A stretch of 64,000 nucleotides of DNA from the human T2T-CHM13v2.0 reference genome, Homo sapiens. The position numbers and the translations under genes were made by a program. Positions 24,220 to 39,011 of this stretch are shown here, one piece after another (position 1 is the stretch's first letter; every line of letters begins with the position of its first letter). The notes under the pieces are model-generated. The model saw nothing but the letters and a program-made list of their open reading frames with translations, was not told where the DNA came from and did no database searches. The stretch lies in the NCBI RefSeq assembly GCF_009914755.1, contig NC_060931.1. One strand, written 5' to 3'.

Positions 24220-26500
24220 ATCCATCCACTCATTCAACAGATATGTTTTAAGTGTTACTATGTCCCGAGCATTGTGCTAGGCCCAGGGTCTACATAACTC
24301 TCCCCAGTCCCTTACATAAATCTCTCCAGTGGGAAGAAAGACATTAAACAAATCAATGCACAAATATAAACACAATTACAAACAGTATTAGATGACAGTA
24401 GGAAAGGAACATGAAACAAACAACAAAGAAGACAGACATACTTTATTTAGAAGTGACATTTGGCAGAGACCTGAAAGATAAGTAAATTAGTCAAGCGATG
24501 AACATACAGTAACAACAGATCTGTGTTTTAGGAAGATATTTCTAACAACAGCACGGAAGACAGATTAGAAAAGAGGTCAGTTAAGAGACTACTGCAATAG
24601 TGAAGGTAAGTGATAACAAAACTACTAAAAGTGGAGATGGGAAGGGGAAGCAAACGTGAAAAACATTCAGAGGCAGGATGGATAGGCATTGATCACAGAT
24701 TAGGGAGAGTATAAAAGAAAGAAGTTAAGGCATTTGCCAGGATTCCAACTAGCATAGGTAACCGGAAGGGTAGGGGTTAGAACAACTGAGACATGGAGCA
24801 CATAGGAAGAAATTTTAAAAGGAAGATAAGTTTGGATTACTGAGTTTTTTGTTGCATTTAAGATACTGGTGACACATTCATGTGGAGATGTCTGACATTC
24901 AACTTTGAAAACAAATGGTCTTATAATAAGGAGAACAGCCAGACTAGAAAACGGACCTGGAGTCATCTTTATGGAAGTGATAAGTGATACCTCGGGAATA
25001 GAGGAATCACTAAGAGTATATAAAAAGAAAAAAAGACATTAAGGAAACCTTAATCCATATTTGAAGACCTAGTAACAAAACAAAAGCCAGTGGCAAAAGA
25101 GAAAGTATTAAATTTCACAGAAGCATCAGTCCAATAAACATTTATCAACACCCACCATGTTCCAGGTACTATGCTAGATATGGGGGTACAAAAAAAAGAC
25201 AGGACTCCTACCCTTAAGAAATGTATAGCCTAGAGAAGAGATAGAAATAGATTATTTCCAGAGAGTTATAAACGGGGCACCACAGAGACACAGAAGGGAG
25301 ACACCCAGGAGGTCAGGGAATACTCACTGATGTGAGGCATTAAGATTAAATAAAATGATGCAAAGAAAGTTGGTAAGGGCAAACCAAATGAAATCAAGAC
25401 AATGCTCCTGGACTTCTAAAATACTGAGTAAGATAACTGGTTTAGGAAAGAACTTGGTTGGAAGGAGCCAAAAGAGGCTAAAGTGATTTAAACTGGAAAG
25501 AATAATCTATTCTTGGAAGAAAATAAACATAGAAGATGAAAAAAGGGGACAAAGGACAAGGGGTTTTTGGCCAAAAGTGTACAAGTTTTGGGTGAACTGT
25601 TACAAAAGAGAGATTGAAGGTGCCAAGCTGTGTAAGGATATGGGAAGGTGGGTAAAAAGAACTTATTTGAAGTTTGCTGAGCTTTATGTAATTGTATATT
25701 TCTATCTCATTAGAAGATTTCACTAATATATTACAGAAGTTCATTACTTTCCAAAGGTTTGGGGCTTGTCTGCTTCTTTTGAATGCAATACTGAGACTGG
25801 CCCAAAATGACCCAGGTATACGTGACCATGAATGTGTGGAAAAGGTAAATTTGTAAGCACTAATGGTTGCAGAGGTCAAGCATGATGTAAAGAGAGAAGC
25901 CACTAGATTTCACATTTATGTGGTGACCTTCAAGTGAACTTTCAACCGAAATGTAGGGGTAGAAAAAAATTACAGGTAGTTCACAAAGTGAATGGCAGAG
26001 GCATGGCTCTAACATTGTTCATTCATTCAAAAAATATTTACTGAATGCGTACGATGCACTAGGAACTAGCTTGGGCTTCGGTGAATCAACCAGGATCAAG
26101 AGACAGATTTCTCAGAAGCTTACAGTCTGATATAGAAGGAAAACAAGGAAATAAACAATTACAATGTGACAGAATCAGTACTAAAACAGGGTGGTATGAG
26201 AGCACATGGAAGTTTGACAGACTAGATGGCAGTAACTAGGTTCAAGGTAGTATAGAAGAGAAGTTTATTTTTTGACTGAAAGGAATTTGAGCATGTTTGT
26301 AGGTTGAGGAAGAGGAGCTAGTGGACAGGGAGACAGAAGCTGGGGAGGGGTAAAGAGGAGGAGTTGTTGGAAGAAAGTCCAGTGAAGTAGACAGGCAAGG
26401 GTGGAAGTGCTGGACTTGGAACAGAAAAACAGCTCTTCCTCCAAAGAAGAGACAGAAGATAAAAAATAGTCCTGATGTGAAAAGAGCATAAACAAACATC
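24220..26500 (-). mobile_element. Cluster of L2 fragments
   Basis: Several L2 3'-end motifs (cattcaacagatatgtttt; ttcattcattcaaaaaatatttactgaatg) with purine-rich bodies. Confidence 0.55.
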
Positions 26501-27604
26501 TTCTACTTTTTGTCATGATATAAGCAAGATCTGACTTTTATAAAGGAAGCAAAGATGGGGTTGAAGGCTTAAGAACAGTGTGAAAAGTTTGAAGCAGGCA
26601 AGGATAAATGAAATGATAACCAATCAACTCCACTTCTTAAGATTATGTAAATGAGAGAAAGCACAATCAATCAACAATTGTGGGCATGCTTTGTTTGGAT
26701 GTGGAAGTGGAACATGAAGTGGAAGGCAAGCTGCATTTCATGGAATTAGATTAAGTATGAATTTAAAAAGGTAAGTATTAAGAATTATCAAGAAAAATCA
26801 CTAAATGCACACCCATATAGCATGCAATTATATATGGGCTAATACTAATACAGTCAATGTAGCACTACCATGAGTCTGAACCTGTCACTATTACTTAGTA
26901 GCAATGGCAGAAGCTAGAAGGTTCACACAATGAAGGCAGGCAACAGAAACCATAAGTAACCAGAAATGAAGAGGAATCTCACATGTAGAGAAGCTATACA
27001 GATTAGATCATGTAATGGGAAAAGAAGTAAAACCCAAGACAGACTGTTGACTAATGATAAGATAAGCCTGAAGATAACTGAAGTGTTGTTCCTGCCTTCC
27101 TTCTTTCTTCATCATTCTCTTAGCAACTGTTGTGTGCTAGGTACACTATGAGGCATTGGTGATACAAAGAAAAGACAATTCTTGCTTGTAAACTCAAAAT
27201 ACATTCCTGTACCCACAGCCTAATGTTTACCAAAACAAAACAAAACAAAACTGTCCTGAGTTTTGCTATTCAAAACTACACATTGTTCAATAAGACATTA
27301 ATCATGAAGAAACAAAATAATATCATAAAAGGTCAGCAAATTCGTGAACAATTAGCAAAAGGTGCCACCAAAAATGGCACCAAACTCCAGCATAAAGGCC
27401 CATAAAATAACGAAGTGCTCTAACTTAATAAACTTCTGTGTATCTTGGCTTTATCACAGATGTTACATTTGACTTTTCATTTAACGGTTGGATTATTGCC
27501 AACAAGAAGGCAACAAACATCAAATGGCAAAGCAAGATAACCAAAAGCTAAGTGCTAGAAAGTATTTCAGAAAGAAACCGATACAAGTTCAGTGATCACT
27601 ACGA

Positions 27605-27860
27605 CAGTAATAATATTTACTGAGCTCTTCCCTGAGCCAGGTATTGTGCTAAGTACACTATACACATCATTAAGCTTTTATAAATTCCCACAATAAACCT
27701 ACCTATAAGGTAGTTTCTAATATAATCATTTTACAGACAGGAAAATTGAAGCTTAGAAAGATTTGGTAACTTGCCCACACTACAGAGCTAGTAAGCAAAG
27801 AAGCCAGGACTTGAATTCAGGTCTTCTTGACTCTTAAAAAATCCGTGATTTAACCACTGT
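27605..27860 (-). mobile_element. MIR
   Basis: cattttacagacaggaaaattgaagcttagaaag...aacttgccca core. Confidence 0.75.
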
Positions 27861-29059
27861 ATGATTGTTTCCCCAAAAGAATGGAATGATGCTAGGCACA
27901 TGATGGATGCTCGATAGTGTCTGTCATTGAAGGAATGAATGACAGGATATAAAGCAGCCATTGCACAGTAAGCCCAAATGTGGAAAGCACAAATAGAAAA
28001 GCAGAAACAATACTTTGAGGATTCACTAAATCACCAACTCAAACTATGCAGCATAATTGTGGATGTCTGGAAAACAGCAGCAACTGATGCGGTGGCCTAA
28101 TATGCTGCTACAAAAAATGTAATGGCTCTTTCTGAGGGAAAACTTCAGGCTGTCTATGAATCTACAAACCCAAAGAAGGAAATGTCATCAGGCAGTTTAG
28201 AAAAGGAAATGCAGATACTGATCAAAACACTATTTTCCACATTTTCTCAGTATGGAAAGGATTGCTGATGCTGCATTGACCTAACAGTCAAGATCACAAC
28301 TTGCCTTTCATTCTGTCACCTTTCAAAAGAAAGAAAAACATGTATACTGGAAAGCTCATCACATTTTAGGACTATGGTCTTTTAAGAGATTCCCACCAAA
28401 AGATTCCTTCTATGGGGCCCAGGGCCATGTTTTATGCCACTGACTCTGCCACTATGATCACAAATGACAGGACCAAGAGAGAGCAACTGTCCCAAGAGCA
28501 GCCAATCTACAGACTGGCCAGCAACCTATGAAGGGGACTGACATGAGAGATTAGCCCAACAGGCAATGAATCTAACTGGACTAATTAGATTTCCTCTTAC
28601 AGAAGATTGAACTCAAGCTGTACGGAAGGGGAAAGTAGCGGAAGGACACAGAGCAGAGGGTGGAACGAGGCAGTTAAGACCATATTGAGAAGATACAGAG
28701 TGAGGTAATTTGTTTAAAACAAAATAAAGCAGAGTCTGAAAAGGGCTAATAGCAGCAGAGAAGCAATACTTCTGCTGCTCAGAGGGCAACATCCAGACAC
28801 TAGAGTTGCACTGATTTTTTTTTCTCATTTTGTAACACCTACCTAGTTGAAATCTGAATGGTGAAGCTGAGTTGTACAATTACTCTTGGAATCCTATAAG
28901 GCCTGATCACTTATATCTCCCATATTTCCCCAAATAAAGTCTTCTAATAAAACTCTCCTTAGAAGCTACCAAGTAAAATTCTGTGCTTGCAACTCAAAAA
29001 AAGAGCATAACATAACATTTGTATCTATGGGTACATATGCATTTACACGCCAATTAGAT

Positions 29060-29275
29060 GACTAGTGTAAGTTTCTTACCAGCTATGTGAACCTAAGTAA
29101 ATCACTGAACTTCTCTAAGTTTCTATTTTCTGTTCCATAAAACAGGGATAATGAAAGAATAGGTTTTACTTCATAGAGTTGTTGGTAGGATTAGGGACAT
29201 TATGCATGAAAAGATTTAGCAGAGTGCTTGGCATATAACAAGCATGCCATAAATGTTCATTATTATTAGCTATTA
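29060..29275 (+). mobile_element. MIR
   Basis: agctatgtga...aacttctctaagtttc...taaaacagggataat core. Confidence 0.7.
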
Positions 29276-31743
29276 CTAAGAATTATCTTTCTTTTTTATA
29301 AACACAACACTGGTGAAATTTCCTAAAAACAAGTGAAATCCATCAATATTGAGAAGATAAAATGTTAAGACTTGAAGTCTCAAAATACATGGTGTACAAT
29401 TTAGAGATGGAAAAGGCTTACTTGCCTTAATACCATTATCAAATATTTATTTGAAGTGTCTTGGTATACATGAAAATGTGCTAGGCACCGTACAAAATTA
29501 TCAAGAGAGTCCCTGACATCAAAAATACACAATCAAGCAAATTAATTCTGCTGAGTGGACGCAAACACCAAAACCTCCAACTTTGGGCATTTTCTCAAAC
29601 AGATGCACCTATAGTATGCTAGGTCCCTTTTTGTTTGTGGTGTTGTAGTGGTGAAAATATGTAGAGGAAGAGGCTTGAAAATAATAAGCCTCCCAAATTT
29701 GGTGTGGAGCAATGAAGATTTAGGAGGAAATGAGCTGCATTTTCCATACTCTTACCCTTCCAAAAAACACTTTAGCTATCTTGGTACTAATGATTTCTAT
29801 TAAACTAGAAGAAGAAAAGGCAAGGTAGAAGCTGGAAGCTCAGAGGAATAGGGTATAGAAACAATTTAGGAGAAGAGAAATGAATTTGGAAAGTTAGAAA
29901 AGCCAAAATAATTGTAGGTTTTAAGTGAGACATGTTTTTAATCTGCATTCTACCATGTGTTTAATGCCTCAAAAACCACAGAACAGCTATTCCTGAAATT
30001 GCTGATCCTTATTCCTTTTCAATACCAAGGATCCCTTTAGCTCTTAAAGAGAGACGAAAGGATAGCACAGAGTACAGAAGGATTTGTCTAACAGCACAGC
30101 CAATATCCTGCTGCACATATCTTAGAGCTTGGCTTCAGATCAACTGAAAGCCATGGCTAAATCATAATCCTGATAATCTATGGATTCCATTAGAAAAATA
30201 ACTTCTCCAACTCCAAACTAAGGATCTAGAATACTTCAATGGGTCACTGCAGGAAACCTGGAAACATAATTTCCAAAATTTTTGAAGCATCTCTACCTCA
30301 TTTTCAGAAGTCATGCTATTTGAAGAGATCTTTTGCAACTTCACAACAGGGAATGATAATCACTTCTACCTATCTCCACATGTATTTACCATAACACCTA
30401 CAGGGAAACTCCTCTTTCTATACCCACAGCCTCATGCCATAGCAAAATCATTAACTCCCCACTACTGCATCCATAGGCTCTTTAATGCAAACTGAGCAGA
30501 ACAGACTATTTATTGACCATAAAGTAATATAATAAATATATTCCTAAAAAATCTGAAGGTACATTTCAACAACTAAAGCAACCTGTGTCAACCAAAAACT
30601 TAATTCATATATACAAAACTAGACAAAAAACTAAAACCTAAGAATGGGTAATGTGTACACTCTTCAAAGGTTTTCTTCTTAAAGAGTAAAGGGGAGGGGG
30701 AGGGAATGGAGACATAAACCAAAAAAAAAAAAGAAATGGTTGTTGTGTATTCAAGGCATGTCTAATGAACACCTGCCCAATGTCAGCTATACTTCAGCTC
30801 TCATTTGCACTATTCAAACTTATAAAGTTGAAGAGCAACCTACGCCTGTTGTTTCTCCTCTCCCACCACACTTAGGAATGGAAGGCATCTTTAGGAAGGA
30901 AGGTAAGTTGAATTCCATAGGAAAACTCTTAATTGATCAAATAGCAGCAAAGGTAGATATAATTTATAGCCAGATAGGTCTTATATAAAATAAGCAGTTT
31001 CTGATGGCTCTTTGTGTGCTGTAATCCTCACTATAACAATACAAAATCACCTAAATATGTGTTTATGTAGCCTACATGCAGAAAAGCTTCTGGCACAAAC
31101 TTCTTAGGCCTCTTCTCAAGAGCCTTAAGCCTGAGCCCCTGAAATGACAGAGCTCAAGTCAAATCAGGAAGGATGAAGACCAGAAAGGAATAAGAAGAAC
31201 AATACTTTGTGGTCACTTGTTTGTTCTACCTTTCTAAACTGGTCCTAGTTCAGGTTCTCTTATATATGCCATTATCCATTAATTCAGCTATTATGATAAA
31301 ATGTTTCCAGTCTGTCTAATGTAGGCAAGTACTGACACAGTGCTATTTTTCCTACATGACCCAGATGAAATCTTTTGACAGCCCTGGAACTCTCATTTAT
31401 TTCCTCCTCTAGATTCCTATTCTGTGGCCCCAGAATTACTATGGAGGAGACACACTGTGAATGGTCCTGTAGAAATAGGTGGGTAGAGTAAGAGAATTCC
31501 AGCAATGGGCTCCCCTCCTCCAATATCAATTTTTCTTTCTTCTCTATAGTATTTAACAAGCAAGCAGAGAGGGAAAGGCTGGCATACAAATGAGAGGATG
31601 CTGCAAAGAGCAACCCCTAGCTTTTTAGGAATCCTCATATCTTTTCAGGGGTTATCAGCATTTATCTGGAAAATATCTTTGGAATATGTCTTGTGTGTAG
31701 GAATGCATAAAAGATAACACCTTGCAAAAGTCAAACATATAGG

Positions 31744-31749
31744 TTTAAT
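31744..31749 (-). terminator. ATTAAA distal poly(A) signal, ZNF800 3'UTR
   Basis: tttaat on the plus strand near the end of the UTR-like block. Confidence 0.5.
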
Positions 31750-32058
31750 AATGTGCAACTAATGAAGATGGCTTATAAATGAAATACCACCTACACATTT
31801 AGTTCCCTAAATATATTATACTATTAGTTATTAAAGTTAGATCTATAAGTACAAATTTTCAATATGTGGGAAAGTAAATCTGTTTTTAAATTAAAGAGAA
31901 ATTATTACTCTATTTCTTAGAAATAAAACTATCAGAATATAATTCAAGTGTAGCTGCTCATAGTCACTGAATAAGTTTAAATTTGATAATAAAACATTTA
32001 AGTTTCAACCAATGCACCTTTGCTGAAGCACATTTAGCTGAAATAACTTCGATTCTGG

Positions 32059-32064
32059 TTTATT
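32059..32064 (-). terminator. AATAAA poly(A) signal, ZNF800 3'UTR
   Basis: tttatt on the plus strand; other hexamers at 32216-32221 and 32685-32690. Confidence 0.55.
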
Positions 32065-33879
32065 TCCATCACATATAGTACATTTTTCCAACAAGAGCAT
32101 GTACATTCAATATAGAACATTTCCAGCAATAGTTACAGTCTTTCTAGTTTCCTTTCACAGTATATTTTAGTGCAAAGCACTGGGAAGGTAAATGTTTTTC
32201 TAGCTATAGAATCATTTTATTAAGACCTTGTGGATCTTTAACATTTTAAAATTTTATACAAAAAGTATATAGATGGACAGGGTCCCTCCTAAGTACAGGT
32301 GTGAACCTATATAAAAACATGGTATATTTTCTGCTGTACCTTTTATAATTATAATTTGACACAAATAACTAAAAAATAAAATATTCCCTAAAAGTACAAA
32401 ATATTGATACACAAAAACCTGCCCAAAATTTCATAAAGATAGATGTACTTCTGTTTTTCCTAAAATCTTGATTACAAAAATGGACAAGAATTCATCATTT
32501 TCTAAATTTTACAGTAGGAATCAAATATTATCTAAAGTGGTCCTTTAAGATTTTTCTTGGGAGAAAAAAAAATCAGGGCTTACACCCGCATCTTCCTTTT
32601 GTAGCAATATTTAAGGAAATAAACTAGTATCATAAGAAGTGGTTGTGCATGGATTGTCTGCATCCATAAAATATCAGTAAGCTATTTATTACCTTCATAT
32701 TAACATTAGTAAATGTGTGGTCTTTAAAAAAATAGGAACTGAAAAATAAGGTTGCATCTATCATTAAAGTGCTTTGTATAAAATTTAAAGAAAAATAGGG
32801 GAATGTTTAATTTTCATAAAAACCTACATTTACAAGTGAAAAATGTAATGATCCATGCATGAAAATGAACTGCAGCTTTCCTGTAGTATATATTTTAGGA
32901 TGAAACTTTCAAACACTGAAGTGCTGGAGAACAAGCTAGAAATAAATGGATGTAAAAATAATTACAAATATTTAGTAAGCTAAATATTTATAATGTGTTG
33001 ATACTATTTTGTCTTTTGTTCCTAACATACACTCACTAGAAAATCATATATCTATACAATTCAGATGAAAATGTTGCCAAATAAAGAGAAACAAAACTAA
33101 AATCACTAAGATATAAAGTCTTTGTCAATTAAAAATTGATATTTTCTTCAGGTTGTTGATCACTTAATCAACAAATTGTTTAGAAAACAAAATTTGTAAC
33201 ATTTTTGTAGAAACTGTCGACCAAATGCACAAGGTCAAGGGTGGATAGCTGATGGACTGTGATGACAACATGTAATATCACAGCTACTTGAAAGTGCTGG
33301 AATAGGCAGTGCCTTAGAAACAAGTGGTTAGATGGTTATTTTAGTCAGAAAACAGCAGTTATAGTTGAATATTTAGAAAAATGTTTTTCTTTTTTTCCTC
33401 ATAGTACCATTTGAAGATGTTTAGTGGTTCTAACACCAATTTAAAGTCTTTCCACAAAAATGAACTCCAAACCTTTTCGTACATCACTTGAAGTTATCTG
33501 AGGAGAAATGGGAATAAATGAACACTTTTGAGTTTACTAATAAAACCTAGTTTTTAAAACTATGCAACAGTAAATTACTTCTAAAAGATGGTTTCATCTC
33601 AAGTTTTCCACACAAATAAAAAAACGTGTGATAATCAAACCACAACATTTAACCCTCACAGCACTCAAACTAATATTTTGCTTTAGAACCTGAATCTGAA
33701 ACTAATTTAATACTCATTAAATACATTAAATGCCTTAATACAAGGGACACAGGTATAGAAGGTGAACTTTTAAAATATATATAGACTTGCGAAAAGTATA
33801 GGGAGTCTACTCATTTTATGTTGCATTTTTTAAAAATCTACATTTGTTCCAAAACCTTCTTTAACAAGTAGTATTTTTT

Positions 33880-34267
<388 letters not shown>

Positions 34268-35023
34268 CTATGTTAAAATGATCACCAAAAAGTTTATTAA
34301 AAAGAGAGGGGAAGCATTTGGGACCTAAATAAGCATTGTTTCCATAGATCAAAACTAAAAAACAGTAACTAACACACACTCCCAAGGAGAAGGAAAAAAA
34401 ATCCAAACTTCTATTTACCACCAACTTTCCCCCTTTGCCTGGAAGCACTATGTTAAAAGTAAATGATAAATGCTAATCATTTTTAATTCAATTCGGGGAT
34501 TTTTTTTTCTGAGTGCAGCATTTTATTTAGCCGTCACAGATTAATTTTTACAATAATTACAGTGCCTCAAAAGATTTTTTCCTATAGTTATCGCCTTCAC
34601 AAGTTCATTCTAATATATTTAACTTTCCTACAATTCATTAATTAGTAGACTAAGTCACTGAATCAAATTAAACCTGTGCAAAGTTAGTTAAACAGAAGAC
34701 TTCTATTGTAAACATAAGCCAATATAAATGTATATATTTTACAACATTAAAAGGAAAGCACTGACCCTGTGCCATCTACCTACAACTACATTGCATTGTC
34801 CTGTGGAAGATAAGTTCTGAAGTTAACTTTTGTTCCCAAGCCACTGGAATAAAGGTCACTGAAGAGGTAAATGCAATATGCACATTACTCTTGCAGTTCC
34901 CATTGCCATGAGATATATGGAAGCAAACGTGTTAAAATGGAACCAGCTATAAATTATGGTCAAATGATTTTTTTTTTAGTTCGATGGGGGGAAAAAAGCA
35001 AAACTCTGTTAACTGTTCCTCAC

Positions 35024-36716
35024 CAGACAAGAGCCTTAGATCTTGTACTTCGGCCTTTGGTTTTGTTTCCTTCAGGTGAATTGGAAGCATTTGCCTTATG
35101 AGTTTTCTTATGATGTTCAAGGTAAGTCTTTTTGGCAAATGCCTTTCCACATTTATTGCATCTGTGAAGAGAAAAGTTTTTTGTGACTTTTACTTCAATA
35201 CCGACGTCAGCTACTTCATACTTTTTACTAGGAGAGTTAGAAGTGCCATCATGTTTTGAATCACTATGTTTTGCTTCATCCCTCGAAGGGCCTCTTTTTG
35301 CCACTTTATTTAGAACAAAATCAATAGGCTTTTTTATAGCTCTGATCTCTAAACTGGCTGTTATTTTCCCAAGATAACGAGATGACTTTTTATGAACCAC
35401 AGTTATATGTCGTATCACATCACGTTTCCGACGAGTTTCATAAGTGCAAAGAGGACACTTGTAGAATTTAACATAAATGTTATTTCCATCTGTGTGCAAC
35501 TCGATGTGTTTAGTCAAGTTCTGTTTGGAAGTAAACTGACGTTTACAAAGTTTACAGTAAAGTTGCTTAAAGTCAAAGCCAGCTGAAAGTTTTGGTTTTC
35601 TGGTTTTTTGCTGGCCACCTGCAGCCGACGGACTAGTTGATTTAGGGCTTTCAGAGTCTTGTTTAACTTTATTTTTCTGTGCTGCCGGTGTGTTCTTTTT
35701 TTCATTTGAATGATTTGTTCCCTTTAATTCATTCTGTGGAGAATGGGTAATGGAAGGGGGTGAAGATTCTACAGAATCTGCTGGTTCAACTTTAACTTTT
35801 ATTTCTGAACTGTTGGCAGTATTATTAGGGCCTTTTTCTCTTTTAGAGTTTGTTCCAGAAAGAGTTATCTTGTGGACAATTTGCATATGTCTTTTAAGCA
35901 TTATTTGTGAACTATATTTCCTCTTGCAAAGGAGGCATTTGCATGCAGTTAAATTGTATTCAGCCTTTGAAGAAGACTTTTGTTTTCGAGTCTTAAAAGA
36001 TTTTTTAGGAGAAATAGAATCCAGGAACAAAGGTTGCCCAGGCTTTGTTGCTATATCAGGAGTAATTGAATCCCTCCTTAGTCCTCTATGAACTTCATCA
36101 AAATGCCTCCTTACATTCGCTTTTGTAGCAAATGATTTACAACATACTGGACAACTCCTACTTAATGGAACTAGAACATTCTTACTGCGTCCTTTAGAGG
36201 ATTGGTTTGGATTCTTTCGTGTTTCAATGTACTTTTTTAGTTCTTCCATCTTTTTCTTGTGTACTTTTCGAATGTGACGGCGAACACCTCGTCTAGAATT
36301 GAATTCTTTTCTACAAAGACAACATATCAACTGGTGACCAAAATCAGAATTGTCAGAAGTTTCCAAGTCAGCCTGCGACTCCTGAGGTTGTTCATCAGAT
36401 GTAGGTGCAACTTCATCTGTAACAATCTCAACAGGAGGGGGCTCTACAGTTTCCACCTCTGTATCTGTAACCGGTACTGTTTTTGACTGTTCAGTGCTAG
36501 TTTCCTGTATCTGAACTTCGGTTTGTTCAGGAGTACTGCTTGACTCTGTGACTTCAATAGGATTATCAGTCCTCGAAATATATTGAAATACTGCATTTTG
36601 ATTAGTTTCTATGGGTTCTAGCTTAATAATATATTCTCGTTTGTCCACACTTGGATATATGGCTTCTAGGAGATCATTTATGGCTTGGCTTTGTTTATCA
36701 TTTACATCAGGAAGGT
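35024..36716 (-). CDS. ZNF800: ZNF800 exon 5 (large exon, six C2H2 fingers, ends with TG of a split stop codon)
   Basis: 1693 nt; acceptor ttccttaacag, donor CTG|GTGAGG; contains the 542-aa track ORF with CxxC...HxxxH/HxxxxH motifs. Confidence 0.97.
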
Positions 36717-38867
36717 CTGTTAAGGAAAAAACAACATTTTAATCTGAAGTAATTAGCCTGCTGTAGCCCTCTAATATTTTAAGATATATTATGAACCTCT
36801 ATCTCAGAATATATCATATTACCAGTTTATTTTTATAAGAGCATTATCTACTTTTCAGTATTCTACAAAGATAAAGACTACTATCAAACTAAAATTTCCT
36901 TTAAATTCTCATCATGATACACAAAAATGTTAAGGAACATATATAATCTGAAGGGCTACTTTTGCTTCAAATGCCCTTAATATAAAATATATAAGCACTT
37001 AGGTGTCCTAAATAATAAAAATGATATTTCATATTTTTAGTCTGAATGTTTTAGACTAGCAAAGGCAACTCAAATTCTCGTAACTCGATTGATAAAACAG
37101 CATGAAAAATGTTACTACATAAATAAAAATGGCATTTTTTAGAAAACATAACAGCATTCCCATTAACTTAATCCATAATAGTCTAATCTAATCTAGTCTA
37201 TTTGAGCATCTTATGAAAATGAAAGATTTGTAAGCAAATATGTAAACATAAATGGGATGATGTGTAGAAGTATTTGCTAAACTCAGTCCTATTACATGTC
37301 TTCTTAACATGACACAATTTTACTAAAACAAATAATTAAAAACTATACAGATTTATTTAAAAACCATAGGTAGTTTTATTTCCTTGTACAATAATTACAC
37401 CCTTTACAGGCAATCAACTATCCTATTGTAACAGAGTTGTCTAACACTGGTTAGGTTTCCATGTATTACTACTCTAAAATCTAGCTACAAATTTAGTACC
37501 AAATCTGGTATCTATACCAATCAGGAAGTGATTCATTATAGCTCTTCTAGTCTAGTCATCTGTCTTTTAAGATGAATAAAGTAGTGTCTATAAGAAAAAT
37601 ACTTTCACAAAAGTATTTCTAGAATGAGTATTGCGAAGACAAGTACACAGTAATCTAGCAAATCCATTTACCATTTCACTCTATAAGTTAACTCTACAAC
37701 TAAAAAATAAATAACTACCAAAAGACAAACTAATTTTCTACTAGTATTTTAATTAAAAGTTTAGATTTGAAATTAATCTCTACACTGCTTTTTAATTTAT
37801 ATCTCAATGAGAGAATAGTAAGATCAAAATAGTAGTAGGAAATAATTCCAGGTAAATATAAAATTTGTATTTAATCAATGCTGTATAATATAACTTTAAG
37901 CCAGCTTCATTATAATTAAAGCCATACTTATTTGGAGATTGCATTTCATACCAATCCCAAAAAGGTTAAGTTGAAAAATGCACAGAATCCACAATGCATC
38001 TACGCTTTCAGACTGACAAAGTAAGTTCTATATTTTGTAAGTCAACAAAGAGTTAAATCCATAAACAAGAAAGAATAAGGTAGCCCAATATTGAATTTTT
38101 TTAAATTTACATTAATTCTTTAAAGAAAGAAAATACCATTAGATACACTGCCAGCCTCATCACACAGAGACAATATGCTGCATTCAAAACAAACATTCTG
38201 TTCCAGAAAGACTTTATATTAGTCTGCTATCTGCCTTTATCACATAAAGTTATACTGGATCTCAAGTTAGCCTGTAACATAATGTAATTTCTGAGAAAAT
38301 GACTTATCTAAATTTTTCTGAAAACAAAACTGATCTTCAAATCAAGACCTAGAAAATACTAGAAAGATTAATAAAGACTTTTTAATGCTCTCCACCATTC
38401 CCAAGAAATGAACAAATTTACCTCATTCTTTGCTCTTTATTCCCAACCTTCTCATTTACTTAAGGGGAATCTAAATAAGTGATCAATCACATCTGGTTAC
38501 AAGTTGTTAAAGAATAAAGAAGTAAAAAGTAATATAAACTAGAAAATCCATTTATGGCCCATATAAACATTCTAAAACAATATCCAATATTTTAATATAA
38601 ATAAATATCCTCTTAAATCTAACCTCTTATATGTCATCTTTAGGAAAACCCAAGTGGAAAGCATTGATATGAAAGTACCTAAGAAACTGAATGTAACATT
38701 GAGTCAAGTATTTAATTTTATTCTCCATCTCCATCTAAAAATTATCTGTAACTAGACATCATTATCAAATTATCAGTAACTAGATACAATTTTAATGCAA
38801 ATGTATACTTGCAGTATAAGAATACTTAGCTGTAAAATGCATAACTGAGTATATGAATAAAACTTAC

Positions 38868-39011
38868 TGTCATCCATCTGGAGACTTGGTGGGCAGTAGA
38901 ATTTTTTATGGGTAATTAAATTTGGTAATCCTCTGAAGAGACTGCGGCATAACTTACATTCAAAAATAGTGTCCACATCTTTTAATAAAATATGCTTAAG
39001 TTGTTTAGTTC
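38868..39011 (-). CDS. ZNF800: ZNF800 exon 4 ([48 protein letters not shown]; atypical CCHC finger)
   Basis: 144 nt; acceptor ttttttctctcag, donor ACA|GTAAGT; overlaps track ORF 38773-38976. Confidence 0.95.

Larger units (their letters stand above)
31725..33497 (-). other. ZNF800: ZNF800 exon 6: last base of the TGA stop plus 3'UTR
   Basis: Acceptor catttctcctcag|ATAAC (AG 33499-33498); first A completes TGA so total CDS = 61+96+144+1693+1 = 1995 nt; AU-rich repeat-free sequence follows. Confidence 0.85.

Noticed and set aside
35183-36486. Plus-strand ORFs over ZNF800 exon 5
   Set aside because: Antisense shadows of the real coding frame.
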